The translations under genes were made by a program, and so were the position numbers. This document shows positions 9,875-21,049 of a stretch of DNA of 64,000 nt, piece by piece; position 1 is the first letter of the stretch, and each line of letters opens with the position of its first letter. The stretch comes from Candidatus Poribacteria bacterium (GTDB taxonomy: Bacteria; Poribacteria; WGA-4E; PCPOR2b): contig OZ220744.1 in the NCBI GenBank assembly GCA_965116925.1, forward strand, positions 3,296,001-3,360,000, given 5' to 3'. A model generated the notes under the pieces. That model was not told where the DNA came from and searched no databases. It was given only the letters and a program-made list of their open reading frames with translations.

Positions 9875-10996
9875 ATGGCTAAATATCGAGTCGGAGTCAT
9901 CGGCTGTGGAAGGAAGGGTGGGTCGCACGCGCGGGCGTATGCGCTTAACCCCTTGACCAAAGTTGTTGCATTCGCTGACACCGATCCCGAAAACTTAGAA
10001 TTGTACTGTAAATACTACGATGTCCCGGGATACAGCGATTATCGGGAGATGCTTGAGAAAGAACAAATAGACATCGCTGCACCTATCCTACCTGTCAGAC
10101 CAAACCCAGAGGTCGTCATTGGGTGTGCCGAAGCAGGTGTACGAGCAATCCTCTGCGAAAAGCCCATTGCAGCAACGCTTGCAGATGCGGATCGGATGGT
10201 GGAAGCCTGCCAATCACGCGGAATCAAGTTCGGATCCGGCGACCTTGACCGAAACCTACCACAATACTGGAAAGCCTTGGAAATCATCGAATCGGGCGAG
10301 CTGGGTGAGGTCAAAAGCATCAACTTCATAGGTGGGAGCGGCACAGAGATGTCAGGCGGTGGCTGTCAGCTTTTTAGTCTGATGCGTATGTTTGCCGGAG
10401 ATGCCGATGTTGCGTGGGTCGTTGGCTGGGTTGCCGACGATCCAGAGAGCGATCATGACCAAGGTGTAGCGGGCTATCTGCGTTTCACCAACGGTATTGA
10501 AACCTTCATGCACCGTGAACCTGATGCGAGAGGGCGTGGATTTGAGGTTTCGTGCAGTCGGGGTGTATTCCGCAGCAACAATAGTTTGCTCAGCCTATGG
10601 AAAGCGGACGGCGATATTGATCCATTGACGGGCAGATCACTCAAAAAGGTGGAGGGCGTGTTTCCCGAAACCAGCGTTTACGGCAGAATGAGCGGGGACT
10701 ACGATGCGGACGGTTGGAGATGGCCCGGAGACCGAAACATTGCGAGCGTCCAGTCCATCGTTGACGCACTTGAGCAGGACATCGAACCGAGGGGCAGCGG
10801 CGATAATGGACGTAAGGTCCTAGAAATCGCTATTGCCCTACGAGAATCGCACCGACGCGGACACGCACCGGTGAGACTCCCCCTTGAAGACCGCAGCCTC
10901 AGACTTTTCCCGAAAAGTTCGCGGATGGATAACAAAAAACCGCAGATGGGCAGAGAAACCTACATGCCCCAAGTTCAAGGGAAAAAGCAAACGTAG
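9875..10996 (+). CDS. Gfo/Idh/MocA-family oxidoreductase
   Basis: GVIGCG Rossmann motif and CEKP motif. Confidence 0.88.
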   Translation: MAKYRVGVIGCGRKGGSHARAYALNPLTKVVAFADTDPENLELYCKYYDVPGYSDYREMLEKEQIDIAAPILPVRPNPEVVIGCAEAGVRAILCEKPIAATLADADRMVEACQSRGIKFGSGDLDRNLPQYWKALEIIESGELGEVKSINFIGGSGTEMSGGGCQLFSLMRMFAGDADVAWVVGWVADDPESDHDQGVAGYLRFTNGIETFMHREPDARGRGFEVSCSRGVFRSNNSLLSLWKADGDIDPLTGRSLKKVEGVFPETSVYGRMSGDYDADGWRWPGDRNIASVQSIVDALEQDIEPRGSGDNGRKVLEIAIALRESHRRGHAPVRLPLEDRSLRLFPKSSRMDNKKPQMGRETYMPQVQGKKQT

Positions 10997-11025
10997 ACAT
11001 CCTCCACCCTCCGTCAAAATAATAC

Positions 11026-11058
11026 AGCCCTGTGCGTTGTGCATGGGGCTTTTTTGTT
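11026..11058 (+). terminator. Rho-independent terminator
   Basis: AGCCCTGTGC-GTTGT-GCATGGGGCT stem followed by TTTTTGTT, 30 nt after the stop codon. Confidence 0.7.
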
Positions 11059-11108
11059 ATGCAGAGTGATGAAAATCAGCTGCTATCTGTCTGACATTAT
11101 GCTAAAAT

Positions 11109-11179
11109 AGTAGTAGGCATACTCCGTATGCCGTAACCATCTGCGTTAAAGTAGTAGGCATACTCCGTATGCCGTAACC
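11109..11179. repeat. Direct pair of GTAG-REP hairpins
   Basis: AGTAGTAGGCATACTCCGTATGCCGTAACC occurs twice. Confidence 0.8.
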
Positions 11180-11241
11180 CTTAAACCGGTAATCGATGCC
11201 CCTAAAAAAATAATTTCAACTGTCAATTCAAGGAGAAATCA

Positions 11242-13737
11242 ATGTCAGACTACCAACCACTAAATATCTCATCACACTGCAACGTTGGCGCAGAAATTCT
11301 TGGCGAAAACGCCAATCCCGCAATCGGTGCACAAACCTTCCACGGCTTGCCCTTCCAGATCAGCGCGGAGGGCAACTATTTTCTCGGTTTCGGGGACAAA
11401 CTTAACACAGAACCGATTACCATACCACTCAACGCAACGCCGAAACGGGTCATTGTTGCACATCGACTGCTCGAATCCCAAATCTTTGAGGGCGATCCCG
11501 TCGGACGCTTGATTGCGAACTACATTTTCCGCTATGCAAACGGTGAAACGGTCAATGTGCCGATACGAGAACGGTTCGAGATCGCTGTCGTCCCACCGGG
11601 CTGGGGACAACTGCCTTTCCTCGCATGGCCAGACCAGCAAGACGGACTCCACCCACGCTACGAAGGTAATTGGAGCGCAGCGGGCAACCGCCAGACCGAA
11701 GCCACGCAGGCAGGACCCGCAGACTACTATCTGTGGGTCTGGGAAAATCCAAATCCGTCGGAGACGCTGGAATCCCTCCAAATCGTACCGGAGGGACCGG
11801 CGTTCATCCTCGCCGCCCTTACACTGGGAAACCTCAATGAAGATCCTATCTCTAGAAAGGCGATCCGCGATGTCATGATTACCCTGCCGCAAGAGGAAGA
11901 TGCCGCAAAGCCTTTCCGCATGGAGGTAGAGGTTGATCGCGGCGTGGCGACCTATCCGTATCCGCTACCAGAGAAATCAACGGACGAATTTCTCAATGAC
12001 GAGCGGAAAGGTTGGGGCGAGACACAAAACAACAGTAGCAGTCCCGCCTATGTCGAAGTGACGGCAACCCCATCAGCGACAGTTACGGTCAAAAATCACG
12101 ACGAAACGTTAGGCGCAGTGAAATGGGGAGAGTTAGAGGAGAAAGGAAAGGTTGCACCGAACGAACGGGTACAGGTCGAAATCGTTGACACCGGCAGAAA
12201 CTGGGTCCATACAAGGGTGGTCGATGATGAGACCAATCAGCCGATTCCGTGCCGTCTCCATTTCCGTTCCCCAAAAGGCGTGCCTTACGCGCCACACGGA
12301 CACCACGCACACGTCAATTCAAACAACGGCACTTGGCATGTTGATGTCGGCGGAGATGTGCGGTTGGGACAGATTTCTTACGCATACACCGACGGCACAT
12401 GCCAAGGCTGGCTGCCGCGCGGCGAGGTCATCGTTGATGTTGCAAGAGGCTACGAATATGAGCCGTTGCGAACAAAGGTTGAGATTAAACCGGGCCAACG
12501 CGAACTGACACTACGGCTCAAGCGTTGGTGCAACATGAACGCCGAGAGGTACTTCAGCGGTGATACCCACGTCCATTTCCTCTCAACGCAAGGTTCTCAC
12601 ACGGAGGCACAGGGCGAAGACCTCAATGTCGTCAACCTACTGCTCTCCCAATGGGGACACCTCTTCACCAACACAGAGGAGTTCATTGGTCGTCCAACTG
12701 TTTCCGACGATGGGCGCAGCATCGTTTACGCCACGCAGGAAAATCGCCAGCATCTGCTTGGACATCTCACGCTGCTCGGCTTGAAAGAGGAGGTAAGTCC
12801 GTGGTGTTCCGACGGCCCCGGCGAGGCAGAGCTTGGTGGCAACATGGAAACGACACTCTCCCATTGGGCGGATGCCTGCCACGCGCAGGGCGGCACCGTT
12901 GTCCTACCCCACATCCCGAACCCCAACTGCGAACCAGCGACGCTTATTGCCACCAATCGTGTAGATGCAGTCGAGTACCTGACCGAGGCGATGTACGGAC
13001 ACATCGAGTATTACCGCTATCTCAACTGCGGTTACAAACTGCCGCTGGTCGGTGGAACAGACAAGATGACCAGTGATGTGCCGGTCGGTGTATATCGCAC
13101 CTACGTCCACATCCCCGACGATCAGGAGTTCAACTACGATAACTGGTGCAAATATCTCCGCGCCGGTAACACGTTCCTCAGCGGCGGGCCCATCATTCGT
13201 CTGACAGTTGATGGACAACCTATCGGGAGCACAATCAACCTGCCGGGAAACGGCGGCACGGTAGAGGTCGAAGCGTCAGCGGAGTCCATATTCCCCATTC
13301 ATACGTTGGAAATCGTTCAGGCGGGCGAGGTTGTCGCCTCAACAGCGGAGAATAACGGCGCACGTACGCTGCATCTGAAAGCAAAGTTAAACGTTGATGG
13401 ACACTCGTGGATTGCAGCCCGTTGCGGGGGACCCGGCTACACCCAAGCAGTACCGCATCTCGACGGTTGGGGGCGTGGAATCATCGCCCACACCTCCCCG
13501 GTCTATATCGCCGTCGGCGGTGAGTGGTGGATGTTCGATTCGGAAACCGCAAACTATATGCTGACACTCATTGAAGGCGGATTGTCATATATCCGCAACA
13601 CTGCCCGCCACCACCGTCCGGGCACAGTAACACACCATCACGGAGAGGACGACCATCAGGCTTTCCTTGAACGGCCCTTCATGGAGGCACAGGAAGCCCT
13701 CCACCGACGGATGCATCAACTGGGAATTCCACATTAG
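11242..13737 (+). CDS. CehA/McbA-like PHP-fold metallohydrolase
   Basis: GDTHVH, ENRQHLLGH, LNCG..LPLVGGTD and AHTSPVY motifs; AGGAGA RBS. Confidence 0.75.
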   Translation: MSDYQPLNISSHCNVGAEILGENANPAIGAQTFHGLPFQISAEGNYFLGFGDKLNTEPITIPLNATPKRVIVAHRLLESQIFEGDPVGRLIANYIFRYANGETVNVPIRERFEIAVVPPGWGQLPFLAWPDQQDGLHPRYEGNWSAAGNRQTEATQAGPADYYLWVWENPNPSETLESLQIVPEGPAFILAALTLGNLNEDPISRKAIRDVMITLPQEEDAAKPFRMEVEVDRGVATYPYPLPEKSTDEFLNDERKGWGETQNNSSSPAYVEVTATPSATVTVKNHDETLGAVKWGELEEKGKVAPNERVQVEIVDTGRNWVHTRVVDDETNQPIPCRLHFRSPKGVPYAPHGHHAHVNSNNGTWHVDVGGDVRLGQISYAYTDGTCQGWLPRGEVIVDVARGYEYEPLRTKVEIKPGQRELTLRLKRWCNMNAERYFSGDTHVHFLSTQGSHTEAQGEDLNVVNLLLSQWGHLFTNTEEFIGRPTVSDDGRSIVYATQENRQHLLGHLTLLGLKEEVSPWCSDGPGEAELGGNMETTLSHWADACHAQGGTVVLPHIPNPNCEPATLIATNRVDAVEYLTEAMYGHIEYYRYLNCGYKLPLVGGTDKMTSDVPVGVYRTYVHIPDDQEFNYDNWCKYLRAGNTFLSGGPIIRLTVDGQPIGSTINLPGNGGTVEVEASAESIFPIHTLEIVQAGEVVASTAENNGARTLHLKAKLNVDGHSWIAARCGGPGYTQAVPHLDGWGRGIIAHTSPVYIAVGGEWWMFDSETANYMLTLIEGGLSYIRNTARHHRPGTVTHHHGEDDHQAFLERPFMEAQEALHRRMHQLGIPH

Positions 13738-13869
13738 GAGTTGATTGGTCCCGTTTTCACGTTTCACGCATTACGTTTCACGTTTTTCGCATGAACTTTT
13801 ATGGGCAGACGGCAAAAAAGGGATGCCCGACATTTCTGTTGTTCTTCCACTCATATTCCCCAATCGGTG

Positions 13870-13898
13870 TTGACAATTCCGATCTGATTCTGTATACT
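13870..13898 (+). promoter_or_regulatory. Sigma70-type promoter
   Basis: TTGACA-17 bp-TATACT upstream of ATG 13962. Confidence 0.7.
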
Positions 13899-13961
13899 TT
13901 TCTACATCTGAATGCCCCTCAAAACGATTTCACCCAACAACAACCGAAAATCGGGTCGAAG

Positions 13962-15011
13962 ATGGCGAAAAAAAAGAAGAATCGACGCCTCAATATTGCG
14001 CGTAAACGCGCAAAACGTCAACAGAACCAGAAATTCAAGCGCAAGCAGTTGGCTATTCAGAAACAGCGAGCGTTACAAGCAGCGAAGTCCGACGAAGAAC
14101 TACTACAGGACAAAATTGCGAACAGCAAACTGTTGCTTGATGAGTCTGAATTTGAAAAGATCATCTTTGATCCCGATCTGTTGCGGCAGAAAACGGTGGA
14201 AGCCTTTGAAGCAGGCGCGTTCAATTCTGAAGTTAGGGAGAGCGAGGAGACAACACCAGAGGGGGAAGAAGGTCCTGAAAGTATTAATGACATCTTTCGT
14301 TTTGAAGTGCTGCGCCACCTGATTACGGTCGAATTTATTAACACCGTCTCGTATGCACTCAAGGCATGCGAAACACGCCTCAGACGGATGGGGGATCGGG
14401 AGAAATCAGAAATAGCATTCGTTGCGAGATCGCTTTTTGAGTACGCTGATCCAGAAACCCTCGCGTTTCATCCGCTTATTTTCAATATCTGCGTCCGTAC
14501 ACTAAAGCAAATGTTAGCAGACCCTCAATCGGCACCCGACACTATCATAGGCGTGCTCTCCGACGTGTTCGAGGAAAGCCAGTGGACAGAGATCGAAGAT
14601 CCACCGGAAACACCCCCAGACCCGGACGAAGATGAAGAGACTGTTGATTCGGCAAGTGAACAGGTTTCGATCCTTGAACCAGAAGAAGATCAAACGACCA
14701 CGCCAGAAATTACCCCGTCCGTTCCAGAGGTTTTGCCGGAAACCCTGAAAGCTAAAGCACTGTACAAAAACGCTGATGGCTTGGAAATTCGGAATACGAT
14801 TGAGTTTGGAAATGGGTATCGGGTGGTTCAGGATACCGACTCGCAGGTAGAATTTGCCCATACAGACGGCCAGCGTTATATCACACTGACCACGGATCGG
14901 TTGCTGCTACAATGTTCATCGATAGAACTATTGGATGTTGCAATGGAGGAGGTCGAGGTGCTGTGCAATGATGCACTATTCTACTTAGCAAGAACGGTTG
15001 ACGACACCTAA
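13962..15011 (+). CDS. Hypothetical protein with a highly basic N-terminus and an acidic linker
   Basis: Long ORF; start MAKKKKNRR chosen because it lies downstream of the promoter. Confidence 0.7.
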   Translation: MAKKKKNRRLNIARKRAKRQQNQKFKRKQLAIQKQRALQAAKSDEELLQDKIANSKLLLDESEFEKIIFDPDLLRQKTVEAFEAGAFNSEVRESEETTPEGEEGPESINDIFRFEVLRHLITVEFINTVSYALKACETRLRRMGDREKSEIAFVARSLFEYADPETLAFHPLIFNICVRTLKQMLADPQSAPDTIIGVLSDVFEESQWTEIEDPPETPPDPDEDEETVDSASEQVSILEPEEDQTTTPEITPSVPEVLPETLKAKALYKNADGLEIRNTIEFGNGYRVVQDTDSQVEFAHTDGQRYITLTTDRLLLQCSSIELLDVAMEEVEVLCNDALFYLARTVDDT

Positions 15012-15370
15012 ATTCAAACAGTCGGTTTTGGACAGGCACAAGTTTCTTAATCCCGCTGTCCCGATTTATCGGAGATCTATCGGAGGGCTATCCCTACATT
15101 GGGTTAATTCCTGTAGGGGCAACCCTTGTGGTTGCCCTCCTGTCGGTCGATTTTCCAAAATCGACCTTTCGTAGCCACAGGTTTCCTAACCTGTGATCAT
15201 TGCGTATGAAGATGTCGCAATGTGAATATAGACTTACAGGTTGATAATTCCCGTAGGTTGAGGTGGCAACATGTGTATAGCGATATTGAATTGGTAATAC
15301 TAACATATCAACACGCTCTAGTTATTGACAATCCGTCGGTTTGCTGTTAAAACTGAAGAATCCTACTTTC

Positions 15371-15500
15371 GCTCCAGCGGAGCGATATGTCTATAGAATG
15401 TGGATACGTTTAGTGCCCGCGCTCCAGCGGAGCGCAATGTGGATAACAATCGACCAATGAACTAATGAACCAACACAGCTCCAGCGGGGCGACAGGTGCT
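15371..15500. repeat. GCTCCAGCGGAGCG / GCCCCAGAGGGGCG-type short hairpin repeats (family E)
   Basis: Three units here; more near 58800, 61745-61820, 62186-62260 and 62423-62498. Confidence 0.7.
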
Positions 15501-15678
15501 ACGCAGGATTGATGCACGATATATCCAGAAAATCACTGCGCTTCGTTCAACAATCCTGACTGTAGGTGAATTTGGTTATTTCTAATAGGCATCGAGTATG
15601 GATACTCAGCGTACACAGGCTATCTAGTAACTCAGGTCTTTATCAGGCTAAAACAACTCATTAAAAGGAGGTGATTCC

Positions 15679-15783
15679 GTGGCACGATCGAAAGTTGGAC
15701 AATCACGGCGCCGCACACAGATTCGACATCGCCAAAAACGCCGTCTCAAGAGAAAGAAGTTAGCCCTGAAACAAGCGCGCTAG
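15679..15783 (+). CDS. 34-aa Arg/Lys-rich small protein
   Basis: AAGGAGGTGA RBS then GTG; MARSKVGQSRRRTQIRHRQKRRLKRKKLALKQAR*; below the ORF-track cutoff. Confidence 0.7.
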   Translation: MARSKVGQSRRRTQIRHRQKRRLKRKKLALKQAR

Positions 15784-16115
15784 CAGCCGCGACGCCAAAA
15801 AGAATAATATAGCGTAAGTGCAGTTGATAGACCAAGCACTATAAACCGAGTTGTTTCTTCAAAACTCGGTTTCTGTCTGATTCTAACGATTTGGGTTATG
15901 TTACAGAATCCCAGTCGTCGTGTAAATGATCCCAATCGTGGCGCAGATTGCCTAATCTGTGAGCCCCGCATCACCTATTACGCTCCGTTTCGCGATTCAG
16001 ACAAACACCAGAACAACAACTAGCAACTTAGGTTAATAAAAAAGACCATTTGAGGCGTTTGTAAAGTGTGAACCCAAGTATGTTAAAACATACATCTCTT
16101 TGACGGAGTCTGAGA

Positions 16116-17864
16116 ATGCCTAAAATCGATCCAATTACGCGCGAGATTATGCAAAATGCCTTGGCATCGGCTGCCGACGAGATGGCGATGGCACTGTACC
16201 GCACCGCCTATTCCACCATCGTCCGGGACTGCCTCGACTACTCAACCTCCCTTTGTAACGCTGATGGCGAAATGATTGCGCAAGGCGTAACCATTCCCCT
16301 CCACCTCGGCTCCGTCCCCTTCGCGATGGAAACGCTGTTCAAGAAATTCGACGGCGATATGCAGCCCGGCGACGTCTTTATTCTCAACGATCCCTTCGAT
16401 GGTGGGATGCACATCCCGGACATCTTCATCGTTAAACCCATCTTCTGGGAAGATGAGCGCGTCGGGTTTGCTGTCAGCACCGCCCATCATCTGGATCTGG
16501 GCGGACGCTTGCCCGGCAGCTCCGCCTGTGATAACACCGAAATTTTTCAGGATGGCTTCCGCATTCCTTGGTTAAAACTGTATCGTGCCGGCGAACCTGA
16601 TGAAGCAATCTTCACACTGCTCCGTGCAAATGTCCGAGTGCCACAGATGGCTATCGGAGATTTGCGAGCGCAACTGGCAGCCTGTCATATCGGCGAGCGT
16701 GCGGTGCACACACTGATCCAGCGTTACGGACTGGAAACCTTTACCACCTGCGCCAATTCACTCATTGACTATACCGAGCAACTTGTCCGCGCAGAAATCG
16801 CCTCATGGCCCAATGGCAGCCATACCTTCACAGACTATATGGACAGCGACGGCGTCGGGGGACCGCCCGTGCGCCTAACGGTAACAATGACGGTAGAAGA
16901 CGATACCCTCACCGCCGATTTTACCGGCACAAACCCGCAAGTCCGAGGTGCCATCAACAACACCCTCTCCTTTACCGCATCGGTGGTCGCGTTGTGCGTC
17001 CGTTCAGTGATACGCGAAGATATTCCAAATACAGCGGGCATGTTCAAACCGCTGAAAATTATTGCGCCGGCGGGGACAGTGGTCCACGGGGTTATGCCGG
17101 CTGCCTCCTCAATGCGCGGCATCACTGGATTCAGGCTGGTGGACACCATCTTCGGCGCGTTAGCGGGCTTACTGCCAGACCAAGTCCTAGCCGCCGGCGA
17201 AGGGGGCAATTCCCTCGTGATAATTGGTGGGCAGCGGGAGGATCGGACACCGTATGTCTACTATGAACTGATGTCAGGGACATGGGGCGCACGTCCCGAC
17301 CGCGATGGGATTGACGGACTCTGTAACCCCGCCAACGTCGCCAGCAATATCCCGATTGAGCAGGCGGAATCCGAATATCCGGTGCATATTGAACGCTACG
17401 GATATGTTACGGACAGCGGCGGCGCGGGCAAATTCCGCGGTGGTCTGGGGCTTGAGCGTGAGTGGCGACTGCTTTCCGGTGAAGCGCATCTCGCCATCCG
17501 CTCTGATCGCAGAGACCACCTTCCCTACGGTCTCTACGGCGGAAAGCCGGGCAGGGGCTCGATTAATATCCTCCATCACACCGGCGGAGAGGAAGAAGTG
17601 TTACAGACCATGATCTCCACATCAATGGAGGCTGACGAGCGGATCTATCATCGTCAGGCAGGTGGTGGAGGCTGGGGTGACCCCCTGCTGCGTCCACCGG
17701 CTGATGTGGCACGCGATGTCAAGAACGGCAAGGTTTCACTTAAAGCAGCACGGGAAGCGTATGGTGTGGTCCTTGATGAGGCGACGCTAGCAGTAGACGA
17801 AGCCGCCACCGCAGCACTCCGCGGACAAGGGCATAGCGATACACCTCAAGAAGCACCATGTTGA
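16116..17864 (+). CDS. Hydantoinase B/oxoprolinase family protein
   Basis: AYSTIVRDCLDYS, NDPFDGGMH, DSGGAGKFRGG and GGGGWGDP motifs. Confidence 0.92.
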   Translation: MPKIDPITREIMQNALASAADEMAMALYRTAYSTIVRDCLDYSTSLCNADGEMIAQGVTIPLHLGSVPFAMETLFKKFDGDMQPGDVFILNDPFDGGMHIPDIFIVKPIFWEDERVGFAVSTAHHLDLGGRLPGSSACDNTEIFQDGFRIPWLKLYRAGEPDEAIFTLLRANVRVPQMAIGDLRAQLAACHIGERAVHTLIQRYGLETFTTCANSLIDYTEQLVRAEIASWPNGSHTFTDYMDSDGVGGPPVRLTVTMTVEDDTLTADFTGTNPQVRGAINNTLSFTASVVALCVRSVIREDIPNTAGMFKPLKIIAPAGTVVHGVMPAASSMRGITGFRLVDTIFGALAGLLPDQVLAAGEGGNSLVIIGGQREDRTPYVYYELMSGTWGARPDRDGIDGLCNPANVASNIPIEQAESEYPVHIERYGYVTDSGGAGKFRGGLGLEREWRLLSGEAHLAIRSDRRDHLPYGLYGGKPGRGSINILHHTGGEEEVLQTMISTSMEADERIYHRQAGGGGWGDPLLRPPADVARDVKNGKVSLKAAREAYGVVLDEATLAVDEAATAALRGQGHSDTPQEAPC

Positions 17865-18225
17865 CGTACTCCAAAAGCTGAAGTATTTGGATTCTTGTTA
17901 GGAATCCGCTTTCTAATTGTGCGGTCAACAACGCTGCACCCCGTCGGGTGTCTTAATGCGTCTCTCGCAAGGGACAACGCCCTGCCCCTATGCCAGCGTC
18001 TATATCCTGCTTCCCGGTGCCGGTAACTGTAGAAAGTATACTATATTTGTTCAGGTACATCAAACAAAAAATGCGCTAAAGCATGGGTGTATAGACTTCG
18101 CCCCAACTGCTCCAAAGGTAAACCTTTTGGGGTTTTACCCCTAAAGGAATTTATGATAAAATGCAGCCCATCTACAAAACAACAATTCTTGTGCTCTCTT
18201 TAATGTGCACTTAACGAGGAGCTCT

Positions 18226-19731
18226 ATGAAAAACAAATTATCTCGACGGCAATTTCTACGCGCTGGTGCGCTCGGAACCGTATCCGCAGCTGTCAGTCTC
18301 GGATTCTTAGGGTGTAGTCGGGCATTGATTCAAAAGGTGCCGGGCTTCAGACCTGAACTCTTTGAGTTTGCTCCGACTGCAAACCAACTCCTTGACCTCC
18401 CCGAAGGGTTTATCGCACACGCTTTTTCAAGAACGGGTGAAGAGATGGACGATGGACTCTGGGTGCCGGGCGGACACGATGGCATGGCAGCATTTCCGGG
18501 ACCTAACGGCAAAACTATCCTCGTCCGAAATCACGAATTGCAGGCTACTTCAAAAAACGTCGGAGCCTTTGGCTGGAATAACGAAAAGATTGAACCTGCT
18601 GCTATTGACAGATTCTATGACGCTGGATCCGGTGAACTACCGTGCCTCGGTGGGACAACGACGCTGGTTTATGACACGCAAACGCAGACATTGGAGCAAC
18701 ACTCCTTGAGTCTGATAGGAACGATCCGGAATTGTGCCGGTGGTCTCACGCCTTGGAATACGTGGCTTACTTGTGAAGAAACAATCCAGAAAGCAGAGGA
18801 GACGTACGAGGTGGAGCACGGGTACAATTTTGAGGTGCCGGCGTCCACTGACATAAAATTAGCCGACCCGATCCCACTAAAAGCGATGGGGCGTTTCAAT
18901 CATGAAGCGGTCGCTGTCGATCCCAAAAGTGGGATTGTCTATCAAACCGAGGATAGAGGGGACGGTTTAATCTATCGGTTCATCCCTGACAAGCCGGGCG
19001 AACTCGCTGCAGGCGGTAAACTTCAGGCATTGAAAATTCGGGACCGCAAGGGTGCAGATACCCGAAACTGGCGAAACCGGAAACAACAAGTTTTCTGGTG
19101 GACATATAATCCGATGCCGGTGGGAGAAACACTTGACGTTGAATGGGTAGATATTGAGAATGTGGAATCACCGGAGGATGACCTCCGCGTACAAGGGACT
19201 GAAGATAAAGGGGCCGCGAAGTTCGCTCGGGGCGAAGGGATATGGTACGGTGGTGACTCCGACAAGGGGGAATTCTATATCGCCTGCACAAATGGCGGCA
19301 TAAAACGCAAAGGACAAATCTGGAAATACGTGCCAAGCCCTTATGAAGGTACAAGCCGTGAGGAACAACACCCCGGCACGCTTCAACTCTTTATTGAGCC
19401 AAACGACAGCAATCTCATGGAGAATGCTGATAACTTGACAGTCACACCTTGGGGGGATTTAATCATCTGTGAAGATGGTCCAAACGAGGAATTCCTAATT
19501 GGCGTAACGCCCGAAGGAAACCTCTACCGGTTTGCTCGAAACGCTGGCAATCTATCAGAACTCGCGGGGGCAACATTCTCACCGGATGGCACGACGCTTT
19601 TTGTGAATATCCAGAGTCCTGGGATTACGCTCGCAATCACCGGTCCTTGGCATGAAATTCGACAACGTTCTGATATATTGTGGCAAAAGCCTAACAGTAC
19701 GACATTAACGAGCACGTCGCTTGGCAGCTAA
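18226..19731 (+). CDS. phoX: Tat-exported PhoX-family alkaline phosphatase (DUF839)
   Basis: LSRRQFL Tat motif; LVRNHE, NCAGG.TPW.TWLTCEE, GRFNHEA, ICEDG and FVNIQ.PG. Confidence 0.88.
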   Translation: MKNKLSRRQFLRAGALGTVSAAVSLGFLGCSRALIQKVPGFRPELFEFAPTANQLLDLPEGFIAHAFSRTGEEMDDGLWVPGGHDGMAAFPGPNGKTILVRNHELQATSKNVGAFGWNNEKIEPAAIDRFYDAGSGELPCLGGTTTLVYDTQTQTLEQHSLSLIGTIRNCAGGLTPWNTWLTCEETIQKAEETYEVEHGYNFEVPASTDIKLADPIPLKAMGRFNHEAVAVDPKSGIVYQTEDRGDGLIYRFIPDKPGELAAGGKLQALKIRDRKGADTRNWRNRKQQVFWWTYNPMPVGETLDVEWVDIENVESPEDDLRVQGTEDKGAAKFARGEGIWYGGDSDKGEFYIACTNGGIKRKGQIWKYVPSPYEGTSREEQHPGTLQLFIEPNDSNLMENADNLTVTPWGDLIICEDGPNEEFLIGVTPEGNLYRFARNAGNLSELAGATFSPDGTTLFVNIQSPGITLAITGPWHEIRQRSDILWQKPNSTTLTSTSLGS

Positions 19732-19757
19732 CAATCCTGCATTGGGAAGTTCCTTTT

Positions 19758-20071
19758 TATGGTGAATTCTCAAAATAAATGGACACTTTCGCCCCTCGGT
19801 TTCGATCCCGATTTATCGGGATTTGGTAGGCACTGTTTCTAACTGCGCCGATGCGGTTCGGTTTCCCACCGCACGGCATTCACTCCAACCCGGTAGGTGC
19901 GGTTTGATGAGATTTAAGTATTTAAATCGGTAATCCCTATTTTCCTCGAAACACACGGTAGGCGCGGTTTCCAACCGCGCCGGTGTCCATAACAAATTAC
20001 CGAATTATTTTTTTAATCTTCATGTAACCGCACCGATTTGGTGTGTCTCATTAATTCTAATGCCCACCATA
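19758..20071. mobile_element. Long family A MITE with a nested 119-bp insert (19906-20024)
   Basis: TATGGTGAATT...CCCACCATA termini; the nested segment is near-identical to 51879-51997. Confidence 0.75.
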
Positions 20072-20110
20072 AATGCCCCTAAATCAGCGACAATAAAATG
20101 CCGACACACC

Positions 20111-20229
20111 CTAGTACTCTGTCAGGCAAATTATGATTGTCTATATGGATTGAGACTCATAATACTTCGTAGGGGTCGGGTCACCCGACCCCCTTGTTGA
20201 TATGCAAAACTTATATGACTGAGTACTAG
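20111..20229. mobile_element. 119-bp CTAG-bounded MITE, family B
   Basis: Near-identical to 5162-5280. Confidence 0.85.
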
Positions 20230-20279
20230 CAACTTGCGTTATCATATTAGAATTAGTCAACAATAGCGAGGGAAGAAAA

Positions 20280-21038
20280 ATGAGCGAACGAATTGCTATT
20301 GTCACCGGGGGAGCAAGTGGCATCGGTAAAGCCATCGCCGAAGTGCTTGCGAATGGTGGAGATCGAGTGGTCATTGCCGATCTAAACGAGGCTGCGGGAA
20401 AAGAGTTCGCTGATACAATCGGTGGCTATTTTGTGAAAGCGGATCTTTCCCAACGGGGAGACTGCCAACGCCTCGTGGACGAGACGTTGGTTCGCTACGG
20501 CCATATTCACATTCTGATCAACAACGCAGGTTTCCAGCATATCGATCCCATTGAGGTCTTTCCCGAAGACACTTGGGATAAAATGCTAGCAGTGATGCTC
20601 ACCGCACCCTTCTTGCTGACCAAATACGTCTGGGGCTCGATGAAAACCCACGGGTGGGGACGCATCGTCAACATCTCCTCCATTCACGGACGGGTCGCTT
20701 CGCCCTTCAAGAGTGCCTACATCACAGCCAAACACGGTCTCATCGGCTTCACGCGCACCGCGGCGTTGGAGGGCGGCGAACACGGTATCACCGTCAATGC
20801 CATCTGCCCGGCGTATGTCCGCACACCTCTGGTTGAAAGCCAAATTGCCGACCAAGCGCGGACACGTGGGATTTCGACGGAGGATGTCGTCGAGCAGGTG
20901 ATGTTAGCACCCGCCGCCATCAAGCGACTCATCACACCGGACGAAGTCGCTGCCCTTATCGTTTACCTCTGCTCTGATGTGGCTGGCGCGATCACCGGGG
21001 CGGATTGGGCTATAGATCTGGGTTGGACTGCGAGATAG
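20280..21038 (+). CDS. SDR, 3-hydroxybutyrate dehydrogenase-like
   Basis: [28 protein letters not shown] and [11 protein letters not shown]. Confidence 0.88.
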   Translation: MSERIAIVTGGASGIGKAIAEVLANGGDRVVIADLNEAAGKEFADTIGGYFVKADLSQRGDCQRLVDETLVRYGHIHILINNAGFQHIDPIEVFPEDTWDKMLAVMLTAPFLLTKYVWGSMKTHGWGRIVNISSIHGRVASPFKSAYITAKHGLIGFTRTAALEGGEHGITVNAICPAYVRTPLVESQIADQARTRGISTEDVVEQVMLAPAAIKRLITPDEVAALIVYLCSDVAGAITGADWAIDLGWTAR

Positions 21039-21049
21039 GGGAGGTACAG

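Noticed and set aside
19813..19995. Similar short ORFs at 19813-19995, 51756-51968, 61637-61831 and 62151-62354
   Set aside because: They are translations of non-coding repeat elements, and their similarity reflects the repeat
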